A DNA stretch of 33,534 nt from Phoronis australis. Its lineage: Eukaryota > Animalia > Phoronida. Below, piece after piece: positions 23,801 through 33,534 of the stretch; positions within the stretch are counted from its first letter, which is position 1; each line of letters starts with the position of its first letter. Below the pieces are notes generated by a model. The model ran no database searches and was not told the origin of the DNA. It saw nothing but the letters and a program-made list of their open reading frames with translations. Location of the stretch: assembly GCA_002633005.1 (NCBI GenBank), contig NMRA01000491.1, positions 292,462 through 325,995 on the forward strand, in the 5' to 3' direction. The position numbers and the translations under genes were made by a program.

Positions 23801-26800
23801 ATGTAGCTAGTGCTAGATTTTTATCAAGACGTCCGCGAGAATGCAAGTTCGTTTGTTGAACTGATTATTCATCCACTTGTGTTTCAGTGAGTGGACGTAG
23901 CTCAGTGGAGGATGAATGGGCGGCCATTGAAGATCAGCTGAAGGCCGCCATTGAGGAGGTGTTTCAGGATGAGGCTGAGGAAGTGACAGAGTTCCCCGAG
24001 GACGAAACTGCTGAGAGGTGAGGGTGTGTAACGTGTGGGCCCATTGATTCAATGGAACTGTTCCTAGTGGTCTTACTACCGTCATATCTCACTGTTAGTC
24101 TTACCTTAGGTGCATTCAATATGACAAGTAAAAAAACGCAACTTGTCAAAATTACTCTTGTTTAATCTCGTTCAAAATCTTGGTAGTGAAAGAAGCGGGA
24201 CTTGCCATTGAACCACTAGCAAAATGGCCACCACCTATTGTATTGAGAAAGTCGAAGCATGCAACCTTCCCGTAGAAATGCCAACATTCAGTGATCATGT
24301 GGGTCCCTTTCATATGAACGTCCCAATGCTGAAGAATTTCTTTTTGTTTTCAATCTAATATATTTAGATGTCAAAAAGTGTGGCCTGTATTCATTAGCAC
24401 CACTTGTAGTATATTGAGTCAACTATTGTACAGGCAGAGTTATTAATGGTTGCAGAAGCCGAGATATTGCACCTTTAGTGTCTTGTTGGTTATGACTGTT
24501 ATTGAACGGGGCCCCACTTGTGAAGCCTGACTGACATGGTTATGTCGTTGCTGTGAGCATAGTTACAGCATTGTCCTTATGCATTCACTGGCACAACTTC
24601 ATTGTAACTTTTCAGTGGGCTACCTTTTACCAAAGAGGCACAAACTCATCAGACCTGTTTTACCCCTATGGCATTGCCATAGTTTTTGAATTTCACTGAA
24701 AATTAGTTATTTTAAAAACTTAGTTTTAAATCATTCATAATGACTACAAAATCGATTTTTGCCTTTAACGATCTGTATATCTTATTGTCGATAAATAGTG
24801 ATGTGGTTGGCCCCATGTTTTGAGTTGGGATATTATCAATTAGTTTCTACTTGTTCCTTACTTAGGTTAGACGTGACAACATTTGTGTGTTCAAATATGA
24901 CTCAGCCAAATGAAGATGGGCTAGTTTCCTGTTTTGCATGCTAGATGGGGTTACTGCTGCATTCTCTAGTGTGTTTAGCTATTTTGTTTGCACACGTGTT
25001 GTTTTGTTGCCCATGAAATTTTCATATGTCCCTTTGGCCATTTTCACCCTCTTTCTCTCCTCTCCGTCTTCAGCGTGGCTGTCAAAATCCTGACCCTGAT
25101 CAGCGAGGGTCAGCTGAAGCCTGCCATCAAGATGTTCCAGTCTGCGGCGGGCACCTGGTCTGACCACCAACTGTTTGTGAAGTACCCAGCACAGCAGGAA
25201 GAGGGCAGCACTAGTGGGGAGGACGAGCAGGTGCCACAAGAAGCAGTCCTGAACGGAATGCGCTCGCTCTTCATGGGTACGTGATTTGTAGTTGTGCTTT
25301 TTTGTCTCTTCTGCACACGTTTTTGTTGTAACACTAACTGAAACTCAGATCTTTGCCTCCGCCCTGTTGCTCTGTTGTCAGATCTGAAAAGATTGAGCGA
25401 AATGAAGTTGATGACTTTTTCTGCGAAAAAAATATTTTGAAAGAGTTAAATAATTATTTCTTAGCGTAAATTGATGCACACTTCTTTCTGTCACTTAATA
25501 CTGATGTCTGATGGAATGAAGTTTGTGACATCCTGTTATTTTTTCATTCCGAAGGTTTGGTGCTGTTGCAATGTTGTAGCTTTCATTCTTGTACTTTTTA
25601 TTGTGGCTATTTTGCAATTTCAAGCCAGCTGATGAAAAACAACAGTCACAAGACATAGACTCGACATGTTTACCTAAATCATTTCAATGTTCAGGGGCTT
25701 GTGAGGACCAGACCCCCGACGTGGCTGTTGCCGTGGCAGCGGAAGAAGCTGAGAAAGCCATGGACGGTCACGAGACCAACGTAGTCAACGAAGTGAGCAA
25801 ACAACAAGTGCTGGTCCAGTACCTGAAGGTGAGTCGAGACAGATGGCCACTGAAACACTGGTACGTGACTGTCAGACCTTACTGGAACTCAACTACAAAA
25901 ACTGACCTATCACATGTCGTGTTTTGAGTAAATTCAAATTTTTGTGATGTGTCAAGTCTCAAGAGGTAAAGTTTGCTGGTCGTGGTTCGCTCTTGTCTTT
26001 GATAACCTGGGAAATGAAGGTAATTTTCATGAATTTGAATAAAGTGTCGAAACTTGCGAAATGGAATTTACACAACAGGAGAAGTTTCTCTGTCTTCAAA
26101 AACAGAAACTCAAGGTTCTCTAAGCACAATGCTTAAACATGCGTAATGTGACCTCCATCACCATGTCAACCATGCATAATGTGACCTCCATCACCATGTC
26201 AACCATGCATAATGTGACCTCCATCACCATGTCAACCATGCATAATGTGACCTCCATCACCATGTCAACCATCCCCTGCAGGATTCTATGGTGTTTGCCA
26301 GCAAGCTACAGACTGCCGTCCCCATCATCTGTCAACTGCTGGGCTCCAAGAACACTACTGATATCCTGGAGGCCATTGAGTTCTTCGTCACCGGTTTCGA
26401 GTTTGGTGTTACCAGCACCATGGCGGGAATACGGCGCATGCTGGCGCTGATCTGGTCAAAGGAGCCCACCATAAAAGAGGCGGTGGTGACGGCCTACAAG
26501 AGGCTGTACCTATCACCATCTGGAGGTAACCAGAGGTAGGTCACCAGTTTGTTGATAATATAAGAGGAAGTACCATGAGCCTACATGTGCCACAGTATGG
26601 CTTGTAAGAGACTAATTACACTCTTGCTAGTTATTTTATTTCAAATTACAACCAGGTGCGGAGGCCTAATCTTTTTGCTCGTAATCATTGTTGACATTTT
26701 CTGCTCTATTTTTGTGTGCCTGTTATTCTGTGCTCGAGCACTTGATGATTTTCGTGAATGACTATTCCTGACTAGCATTAATGCTATAAGCTTGAGTCTG

Positions 26801-29800
26801 AAATTTCAATATTTTTCTTGAAATCTTGGATTTTTACTAAGAGCTCGAAGCTCAAATCTAGGAGGTCATCAAGTGTGAATTTGAACTAGACACTGATTTA
26901 GAATTTGATTAAAAAGATTAGACTCTAGGCTCAAAAGCTGTAATAGTAGTTGCAGCGATGGCTGTGATGATGGTGGTGGGTCCGGCAGCGTTAGTAGTGA
27001 TCATGGTAATAGTTTGTTATGAAAATATACGTGATAATAACAAATATGGACATGCAATGAAGCCTCAGATATAGTATTGACTTAAACTGGATAGATTTTG
27101 AGACATAGAGTGTGGTCTTATACTAAACTTAGAATATTTTGCCTACCGTGTGTGTGCAGATATAGGCCATTGCCCCTGTGTGTGAACCTGCATTTTTGTC
27201 CTGTGCCTATATGAGAAACACTAGTAGAACTCAGGGGCAATTTTCTAAATCGGTATCTTCGTGAAACTTGACTTACGTTTATGTGTATTCAATTTAACTA
27301 TGCCTTATAAATTTTTCATTTTAAAATTTTTCAAATAAGTGTTAAGAATAACCAGAAAATTAAATAACAGTCAATTTAAGATGTGCACTTATTCAAGGGA
27401 TGGTCACAGTCACCTGAGCCTTAAACACATGAGTCTGTATACAAAACACTTGGTAATGAGCAAAATATGAAAAAAAAAAACCGGTTTATTTTCAATGCAG
27501 GCGCATGAGCTAAAACATGGGTATGTATGGCAACATGCTGCCGACTCAAAAGAGAATTCTTGCTGTGTTACCATTAAGAAGACACTATTTTCTTTTGCAG
27601 AGCTAAGTCGTTGGCAATTGTAAAGAACCTGACGGCATTGACTTATGGTGCCACCATGGGAGATGTCACGTCACTCGAACAATTGGTAGGTTTTAAATTG
27701 ATAGATTCTTAAATGGTGATATTGGAATAAGAGTTTAGCAACTGGGTCAGTTTTGCTAAAGAAGAAATGGTGTCTGTAGGGCACTTAAACGTTACTTCTT
27801 CAGTAGTTCTTTGTGTCACACACGCTTGGCTGATAGTATCTTAAACTTTTTTAAGTAGTGTTAAGAATTATTTATTGTTTTACTTAATGGAGGTGTTATT
27901 TTGTGTAGCAAATATGCTCAAGCACAAAAGTCTGTGAAAGTCAAGATGCGCATTGCTGGAAAAGGCTAAATTACCCCAAACTTGTTTTGGGAACCTCATA
28001 GCCCAGTTGAACATCTCGATGAAACGGGCCGGAGATAGGCAGAGACAGGCAACATTGGCCAGACATGTGCCTCGAATGCCACACAGTTCACGAAGTTCTT
28101 ACACAAACTGTACACAGTTTTGTCGGTTCCTATTCTGCCTGATGTCATTTTTGGATATCAATCTGAAAACTAGTTTTACCAATGCTTTTCAGATTTGTGA
28201 GTTTGTTCGCTCGGAGGACATCAAGTCGAGTGTGATTCAGATGCTGTGGGAGAGATTTACCATGAAGATTCCCGACACGAGCGAGGACGAGAGTAGGGGG
28301 GCACTAGTGCTGCTCGGAATGGCTGCTGGGTGGGTAATGAACTGGAGTTGAGATTGTCGTCACATTTGATAGACGAGCATCCTATTTTTACATTGCGTGT
28401 GTATTGAGTCTAGGATATTACAGGCGTGTGGGGGCTCGTGCTGTGCACAGGTATGCAGTTATTGTATTGTATTGTGTTGTATTGTATGTAAGTTAGTGTT
28501 ATAAAATGGTTATGTTGTTGTATTAGTGTACAAGAGCCTCACTTGTGCCAATGCCAATGCAAACGTAGAGAAATGGCTTGGGTATTGTTTTAGGTTGTTG
28601 GGTTTGGAATTGATAGATCTCTACATTAGGCCCATCTCTAACTCCTGTCCTTCAGTCATTTATGATATTTTCTGATAAAAATGTTCACAAACATCTACAT
28701 AAGGCATTTTGTTCAGGTGCAATCGTCATCCGTTTAACCAGGTTATTTTTCGCTTTTGTGCCTGGCAAAAATGACTATTACGCTGGCAAAATTCTAATTA
28801 GCCATCAGTAAATTCAACTTCATACTCTGACGATGAACATGTCTCCTGCCCAACCTTTGTGACGGGCAATTTGGGCTTATTTTTTTAATAATTTGGGTTG
28901 TACTGTGTATAATCTAATCAGTGACTCGTCTCTTTGTGCAGAGCGGAGGTACAGATTGTACGTAGCAATGTTGATGTGCTGGTGAAGGAGGGACTGGGGC
29001 CAAGAGCCAGTGATGACTTTGGACTGGCTAAGGACACCTGTCTTGCCCTGCTCAAGTTGGCCTGCACCAACCAGGTGCGTTGTTACCTAATGTGGACTGG
29101 GACTTACTTCTAGATTTTACTGGAGGGTATCTCTTAGTTGGGAAATGGATGTCATTTCATTCTGGCCCAAAGCGTTTAAATTTCCGTCACGGATTATGGT
29201 GTATCGCGGTATTTATTTATTTCGTGCTAGTCATTTGTATGCTTCAAATTTATGCGACTGAGCTTTTCTAATTCTGAAACATTAGTTCCATAGATGCTTT
29301 ACTAGGGTTACCAACATCAGAATCGTTAAGCAATTGTGTCCTCTTGTAGTTGTCACGCTGCAATATAGTTTTTGCATCACTACATTTTAGTGTTAGTGTT
29401 TTCATTAGGTGGGAAGCTTATACAAGAAATATAGAAAGTGAGCTCTGTTTCGGTTTGGTTTTCAGAAAAAGGGTCAGGTTGCTGAAGAACCATTCAAGTT
29501 TGCACAAGACCACGAAGTATTCGAAAGGTTAGCGGAGATCCTGGTGCAAGGTGAGCTGACATCTGAAGGCCAACCCTGTCATCAAACACTTACATTTCGA
29601 TGAGACCACTTGTACCTTACATAATACTTTCTGGCTGAGCATTTTTGCTGAATTTGTTGAGCTATATAAGTACCAAAAGCAGCTTGATTGTGCAGCCAAC
29701 TACATACGTAATTGCATGGTGTATAGAGTGACAGTTAAATTTCGGAAGCTACAATAAAATGCAGGTATGTCAGGTCGGACTTCTTCAGTTGTGAACGTGG

Positions 29801-32052
29801 TTGATTGCTAAGCCTGATGTGCTTGACCTTGGTTATAGAATTTCTGTTGTCTCTGGCACGAATGCGGTAGAGTGAGCGAGCAATGTTTGAAAGAGAGAAA
29901 CTGAATTAAACGCAGTACTTGCAATTGTACTGAAAAGGTTCAAATTTGCTTCGCAGGTGTGGAAAAGTTGCACAACAGAAATTGGATTCCTTTTGCTGAG
30001 CAGGCGGTGAACGCCATCTACAGGCTGGCTGAACACCCAGATAACATATGTGCTGAGATCATCAAGAAATTGGTTGCTATAGCAACTAAGGATCAGCAAC
30101 AAAGCAGCAGAGGTAACTAGAATCAAGTGTATAGCGTAGCTGTACTGAATATTTGCATTATATCTCTTAATAATTGCTTGAGTCATCTCATGCTTCGTAC
30201 AGTCCGGAAAATGTCTGCAGTCTTGTGATCTGCCTGAAAGATTTGTAGTTTCAGTTAAACAAGGAGCAATTATTGAATTCAGTCTGCAAAATCTTACCAC
30301 AAAAGGTCATGGAATTTTCACACTACTTTTAAGAGTGTTGCTTAATATTTTCAACTCGCATTCTTTTTATTGAAGATGGTGTACAAACTTACCGAGGTAG
30401 AGTAGTGGTTTTCTTTTTTCTAATCATTTTCCAAAGTTCCTTTTTATCTTCATATTCTTATTGCTGCCTGCCCCTCCCCAGATGCTGACGGTTCCTCTCA
30501 GGAGGCCAGCTCTTCCCCTGTGGAGTTCACGTGTCCCTCAGGCGTGCTCAGTCGCCTTCTCTCAATCTCCGGCCACATCGCCCTGCGCCAGTTGGTGCAC
30601 CTTGATGTGCACGTGTTTGGCGAACTCAAGCGTCGCCGAGCTGTGAAGGAGTGCCGGGCGGAGACCAACAAAAGGACTCACAACAACACCACCACCTCCA
30701 CCAACAAGACAGTAAGTCATGTGACCCTGGGTGGTAAAATTATGATTTCGGCTCATCATGAGTAAGGTGAATAAAAAGCTTTTACGTTCGACATATGTCC
30801 CGTGATGAACTTTTGGACTGTGCACAAGTAAAGCTTCATTTCCAGATATTGGGACGTGGGTTGGTTTGGCGAAAATGATCATTTATTATAACATACCAAT
30901 GAAATAATACAAGATATAGTCTGGGAAAGAGGTAAAAATCCAACCCGTCATCTAATGAGTACAGGGGCATAAACAAAGTTAAAATCACGAAAAACTGTTG
31001 TTGGGATGCTGGTACTTGAAGATCCTGTGTGTTAATCATTATTGGTTGAATGGAATGTAAGGAAAACTCATAGCTGACTTGTGTAAGGGAAACTCATAGC
31101 TGACTTGTTGGCTGCTCTACATACAAAAGCATTGTCCGTACAAATGTTAGTGCGGGAGACTGAAATGACAGGTTGTTTTGGCTCACCCTCTATCCTGTGG
31201 TGGTCACACTTTGGTTTTCATTGGTCTCGTGTCTGTTTGACAGGAGAATGAGACGATTGAAGAAGAGTTGGGTTTGACTGGAGCTGCCGCCGAAGACGCC
31301 GAGTCGGATTACATTCGCAAAGTGACCGAGGAAGAGATCGTTAGCGGTGGGTGTCACTTGAAGTGTACTCGTTGTGCCACAGTTGACTTGTGATGTCTGG
31401 AAATGCTTTTAGGCATCTTGCATCTTTTTCTTAAATGATATTACTGCCACTGTAAAATGTTGTTGAAGTGCTAATCAACAAAGGAGTGTTGCTGTGATTA
31501 TTGTACATTTTTGGGCTTCCTTAACCAGTCCTTCTAAAGCCCAGTTGGCTCAGTTGTTCACTGGGTAGCACATTTTTTAACAATTGATTGAAAATTCACC
31601 TTCTGATAAGATGCTTAGTGGTCATTCTTTGAGAATTAAACATCTGTGTGAGTTGTTGTGAAACAGACCCCAGACTTTTTGTATGTAAATACTATGCTTG
31701 GGCCCTGGACCACTAAACATGTCTCAGCACTTTACTCGAGAATTGGTCATTTACAGTGTGTGAAAATTGAAAATTTACTCTAGGCATGCCACGTGAATGA
31801 TCAATTTTCGAGTCAAGTCTTGACTGAAGTTTGACAGTCACGGTCCCTGGAAGAATGCATGTATCTACTCTGCGACACATAGGTTAAATTACGACATGTA
31901 ACCTTCACTATTGCATTTGTTGATGCAGGTGGTAACTTACTGGCCATGCTGCGACCAATCCTGGTGTCTGTGTGTAACAACCAGGTAAAGTACCCTGATG
32001 CTGAGCTGCGCACGGCCGCCACTTTGGCTCTGGCCAAGTTTATGATGGTCAG
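17631..32052 (+). CDS. NCAPD2: Condensin complex subunit 1 (CAP-D2/Cnd1, HEAT-repeat subunit of condensin I), partial multi-exon gene, 21 exons in window
   Basis: join(17631..17803,19005..19153,19638..19759,20379..20502,20776..20923,21451..21573,22231..22305,22903..23037,23343..23433,23888..24017,25074..25276,25695..25828,26282..26535,27601..27685,28193..28329,28942..29074,29466..29550,29957..30112,30482..30711,31244..31346,31929..32052). All introns are GT-AG, phases are consistent and there are no stops. The peptides KIIQLLQHFEHLA, LAERIPAIMLPNISVLVGLLDGE, HDVNAFVRSKVLQ, GRLQDKSSSVRKYAIQLL and EEELGLTGAAAEDAE match vertebrate NCAPD2 as I recall it. Confidence 0.96.
18260..18417. repeat. Intronic AT-rich minisatellite, about 41-bp unit, about 3.8 copies
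   Basis: Unit CACTTTGTAAATACTAACACAATAATATATATGATTGTTTA. Confidence 0.85.
19005..19153 (+). CDS. NCAPD2: NCAPD2 exon
   Basis: ctag|GGC...GTCAA|gtagga; GRGKSKKKDTSSGIDWEYERERGVQALLQLVKLNIQRLWDPPVAEEEFV. Confidence 0.92.
19638..19759 (+). CDS. NCAPD2: NCAPD2 exon
   Basis: ttccag|C...TTAG|gtaaag; LVTCTCYKLLEDP...FHLLGTMVKRYNHAL. Confidence 0.93.
20379..20502 (+). CDS. NCAPD2: NCAPD2 exon
   Basis: tacag|GA...ATGAG|gttagt; ASLKIIQLLQHFEHLASPL...YGVKSIVSEIM. Confidence 0.94.
20776..20923 (+). CDS. NCAPD2: NCAPD2 exon
   Basis: tttcag|G...GAG|gtgaga; EIGRMDSKDLARDSSGTRAFSLFLMELAERIP...LDGE. Confidence 0.94.
21451..21573 (+). CDS. NCAPD2: NCAPD2 exon
   Basis: tgcag|GCA...GAG|gtatag; AYPMRNCVLSIMGEIVVRVLS...RDQFLDKLE. 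Confidence 0.93.
21581..21717 (+). other. Long intronic RNA hairpin with multiple G-U pairs (function unknown)
   Basis: Stems 21596-21606/21699-21709, 21608-21615/21690-21697, 21616-21622/21681-21687 and 21650-21658/21663-21671. Confidence 0.6.
22071..22141. repeat. 22-bp tandem repeat, about 3.2 copies
   Basis: TAGTTCACATTCAAATATYGCY units starting at 22071, 22093 and 22115. Confidence 0.8.
22231..22305 (+). CDS. NCAPD2: NCAPD2 exon
   Basis: ttccag|GAT...AAG|gtaagc; DHVHDVNAFVRSKVLQIWLNVVNEK. Confidence 0.94.
22512..22726. repeat. 90-bp tandem repeat, about 2.4 copies, each carrying an acceptor-like GTTGCTCYTTACAG
   Basis: TTACAG recurs at 22541, 22631 and 22721 with near-identical intervening sequence. 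Confidence 0.9.
22903..23037 (+). CDS. NCAPD2: NCAPD2 exon
   Basis: ttacag|GCC...AAG|gtgagg; ALPLPRQQHLLDLVIGRLQDKSSSVRKYAIQLLTALLRSNPFAAK. Confidence 0.93.
23238..23288. repeat. Imperfect (CA)n microsatellite
   Basis: cacacacacacactcatacacacacacttgcacacacacaaacgcacacac. Confidence 0.85.
23343..23433 (+). CDS. NCAPD2: NCAPD2 exon
   Basis: ccacag|CTG...GATG|gtatgt; LPLEELKVHYEKEKEKLQELMPD. Confidence 0.88.
23888..24017 (+). CDS. NCAPD2: NCAPD2 exon
   Basis: tttcag|TG...GAGAG|gtgagg; SGRSSVEDEWAAIEDQLKAAIEEVFQDE; phase fits both neighbours. Confidence 0.85.
25074..25276 (+). CDS. NCAPD2: NCAPD2 exon
   Basis: long pyrimidine tract cttcag|C...ATGG|gtacgt; VAVKILTLISEGQLKPAIKMF...MRSLFM. Confidence 0.85.
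25695..25828 (+). CDS. NCAPD2: NCAPD2 exon (an in-frame upstream acceptor at 25628 is also possible)
   Basis: ttcag|GG...AAG|gtgagt; ACEDQTPD...EVSKQQVLVQYLK. Confidence 0.85.
26138..26272. repeat. 33-bp minisatellite, 4 copies, abutting a splice acceptor
   Basis: CATGCRTAATGTGACCTCCATCACCATGTCAAC x4 with one substitution. Confidence 0.95.
26282..26535 (+). CDS. NCAPD2: NCAPD2 exon
   Basis: ctgcag|GAT...CAGAG|gtaggt; DSMVFASKLQTAVPIICQLLGSKNTTDILEAIEFF...GIRRMLALIWSKE...AYKRLYL. Confidence 0.94.
27601..27685 (+). CDS. NCAPD2: NCAPD2 exon
   Basis: ttgcag|A...TTG|gtaggt; AKSLAIVKNLTALTYGATMGDVTSLEQL. Confidence 0.9.
28193..28329 (+). CDS. NCAPD2: NCAPD2 exon
   Basis: tttcag|ATT...GCTGG|gtgggt; ICEFVRSEDIKSSVIQMLWERFT...RGALVLLGMAA. 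Confidence 0.92.
28942..29074 (+). CDS. NCAPD2: NCAPD2 exon
   Basis: gtgcag|A...CAG|gtgcgt; AEVQIVRSNVDVLVKEGLG...DFGLAKDTCLALLKL. Confidence 0.92.
29466..29550 (+). CDS. NCAPD2: NCAPD2 exon
   Basis: tttcag|AAA...CAAG|gtgagc; KKGQVAEEPFKFAQDHEVFERLAEILVQ. Confidence 0.9.
29957..30112 (+). CDS. NCAPD2: NCAPD2 exon
   Basis: tcgcag|GT...AGAG|gtaact; WIPFAEQAVNAIYRLAEHPDNICAEIIK. Confidence 0.92.
30482..30711 (+). CDS. NCAPD2: NCAPD2 exon
   Basis: ccccag|AT...ACA|gtaagt; LSRLLSISGHIALRQLVHLDVHVFGELKRRR. Confidence 0.92.
31057..31108. repeat. 26-bp tandem duplication
   Basis: GTAAGGRAAACTCATAGCTGACTTGT x2. Confidence 0.85.
31244..31346 (+). CDS. NCAPD2: NCAPD2 exon
   Basis: tgacag|GAG...AGCG|gtgggt; ENETIEEELGLTGAAAEDAESDYIRKVTEEEIVS. 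Confidence 0.93.
31929..32052 (+). CDS. NCAPD2: NCAPD2 exon (last unique exon in window)
   Basis: atgcag|GT...GTCAG|gtgagt; GNLLAMLRPILVSVCNNQVKYPDAELRTAATLALAKFMMV. Confidence 0.93.
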
Positions 32053-32082
32053 GTGAGTCCACTTGGTTCAAATGAGGTGAAT

Positions 32083-32491
32083 CAGGGCTTGGAATTTTCT
32101 GCGGAAACGCGGATTTCCGCTTTTTTCAAATGTTCTGTCCGCGCATTTTATTATATTTCTGCGTAAAAAAAATCGGATTTGATAAAAAATTTCCGCGGCA
32201 AATTCCTTTCTTACCGCGGCTTTGCCGACGACATTCGCCTCGAAAAGCGGAAGTTGCTCTTTATGTTTCGGAGGAATGTAAATTGTCAACATTGCCGGGG
32301 CATCTAGGATAGCGTGGTGGGATTTTCAATGGCGACTCGTGTGATTGGAAACCGCGGTGACAAATACTACGGCTCCACAGCCAAAAATGTGTGGGGGTGG
32401 GAGTGGACGGACGACCTAAAGGGACGCAGATGCATGCTACTGATGGTGGTAACGTTTTTTGTTTTTGTTTTTTTTTTTTAGTCCTCCCGAC
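32083..32491. mobile_element. Left end of a hAT-like DNA transposon, truncated by the N join
   Basis: Begins CAGGGCTTG, then CpG-rich repeated subterminal GCGGAA/TTCCGC/CCGCGG motifs unlike the surrounding intron. Confidence 0.55.
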
Positions 32492-32492
32492 N

Positions 32493-33534
32493 AGTTGTGA
32501 ACGTGGTTGATTGCTAAGCCTGATGTGCTTGACCTTGGTTATAGAATTTCTGTTGTCTCTGGCACGAATGCGGTAGAGTGAGCGAGCAATGTTTGAAAGA
32601 GAGAAACTGAATTAAACGCAGTACTTGCAATTGTACTGAAAAGGTTCAAATTTGCTTCGCAGGTGTGGAAAAGTTGCACAACAGAAATTGGATTCCTTTT
32701 GCTGAGCAGGCGGTGAACGCCATCTACAGGCTGGCTGAACACCCAGATAACATATGTGCTGAGATCATCAAGAAATTGGTTGCTATAGCAACTAAGGATC
32801 AGCAACAAAGCAGCAGAGGTAACTAGAATCAAGTGTATAGCGTAGCTGTACTGAATATTTGCATTATATCTCTTAATAATTGCTTGAGTCATCTCATGCT
32901 TCGTACAGTCCGGAAAATGTCTGCAGTCTTGTGATCTGCCTGAAAGATTTGTAGTTTCAGTTAAACAAGGAGCAATTATTGAATTCAGTCTGCAAAATCT
33001 TACCACAAAAGGTCATGGAATTTTCACACTACTTTTAAGAGTGTTGCTTAATATTTTCAACTCGCATTCTTTTTATTGAAGATGGTGTACAAACTTACCG
33101 AGGTAGAGTAGTGGTTTTCTTTTTTCTAATCATTTTCCAAAGTTCCTTTTTATCTTCATATTCTTATTGCTGCCTGCCCCTCCCCAGATGCTGACGGTTC
33201 CTCTCAGGAGGCCAGCTCTTCCCCTGTGGAGTTCACGTGTCCCTCAGGCGTGCTCAGTCGCCTTCTCTCAATCTCCGGCCACATCGCCCTGCGCCAGTTG
33301 GTGCACCTTGACGTGCACGTGTTTGGCGAACTCAAGCGTCGCCGAGCTGTGAAGGAGTGCCGGGCGGAGACCAACAAAAGGACTCACAACAACACCACCA
33401 CCTCCACCAACAAGACAGTAAGTCACGTGACCCTGGGTGGTAAAATTATGATTCCGGTTCATCATGAGTAAGGTGAATAAAAAGCTTTTACGTTCGACAT
33501 ATGTCCCGTGATGAACTTTTGGACTGTGCACAAG
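32493..33534 (+). repeat. Near-identical second copy of 29787-30828, including duplicate NCAPD2 exons 32663..32818 and 33188..33417; probable haplotype or assembly duplication
   Basis: Constant offset of 2706 nt, starting immediately after the N at 32492. I spotted only four substitutions by eye (30606, 30720, 30748, 30752). Confidence 0.93.

Noticed and set aside
18260-26272. CRISPR-like appearance of the tandem arrays
   Set aside because: Units are contiguous with no unique spacers, the context is eukaryotic introns and there are no cas genes.
26139-26450. ORF with MHNVTSITMST repeats
   Set aside because: Translation artefact of the 33-bp intronic minisatellite, out of frame with the exon.
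26740-26805. TGATGA...CTGA...CTGA box-like arrangement
   Set aside because: Only about 58 nt, with no terminal stem or recognisable antisense target; likely chance.
28714-28841. Possible MITE (CAGGTGCAATCGTCA...TGACGATGAACATG)
   Set aside because: The TIR match is partial and there is no TSD; too weak to annotate.
29833-30300. 155-aa minus-strand ORF, repeated at 32539-33006
   Set aside because: Antisense to an NCAPD2 exon and intron, starts at GTG and has no recognisable motif. The two copies are identical only because of the duplication.
30795-30857. C/D snoRNA-like: GTCCC-GTGATGA...CAGA-TATT-GGGAC
   Set aside because: The D box is CAGA rather than CTGA, the spacing to the stem is atypical, it is short, and I recognise no rRNA or snRNA guide.

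Overview
AT-rich animal (most likely invertebrate) genomic DNA in two halves. Bases 1-16929 are a cluster of decayed, partly nested transposons: a LINE ORF1/ORF2 start, a BEL/Pao gag with PBS and LTR, a Sola3-like DNA transposon ending CTC|TTAA, a Gypsy element (RT, integrase, PPT, 173-bp LTR) interrupted by a young 5'-truncated RTEX-like LINE, a Kolobok-like THAP/KolX remnant, a Tx1/L1-like RT relic and MITEs. Bases 17631-32052 hold 21 phase-consistent GT-AG exons (2914 nt, about 971 codons) of the condensin I HEAT subunit NCAPD2/CAP-D2 on the + strand. I could not find its N-terminal exons, and its C-terminal exons are not in the window. After the N at 32492 the sequence repeats 29787-30828 almost exactly, probably an assembly or haplotype artefact. 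I found no clearly new system. The best leads are a 137-nt G-U-rich intronic hairpin next to a donor, recurrent fold-backs over donor sites, a stack of duplicated acceptor-like motifs, and a 6-nt insertion creating TACATGTA in a dead RT. All family assignments come from motif recognition by eye, not from database searches.
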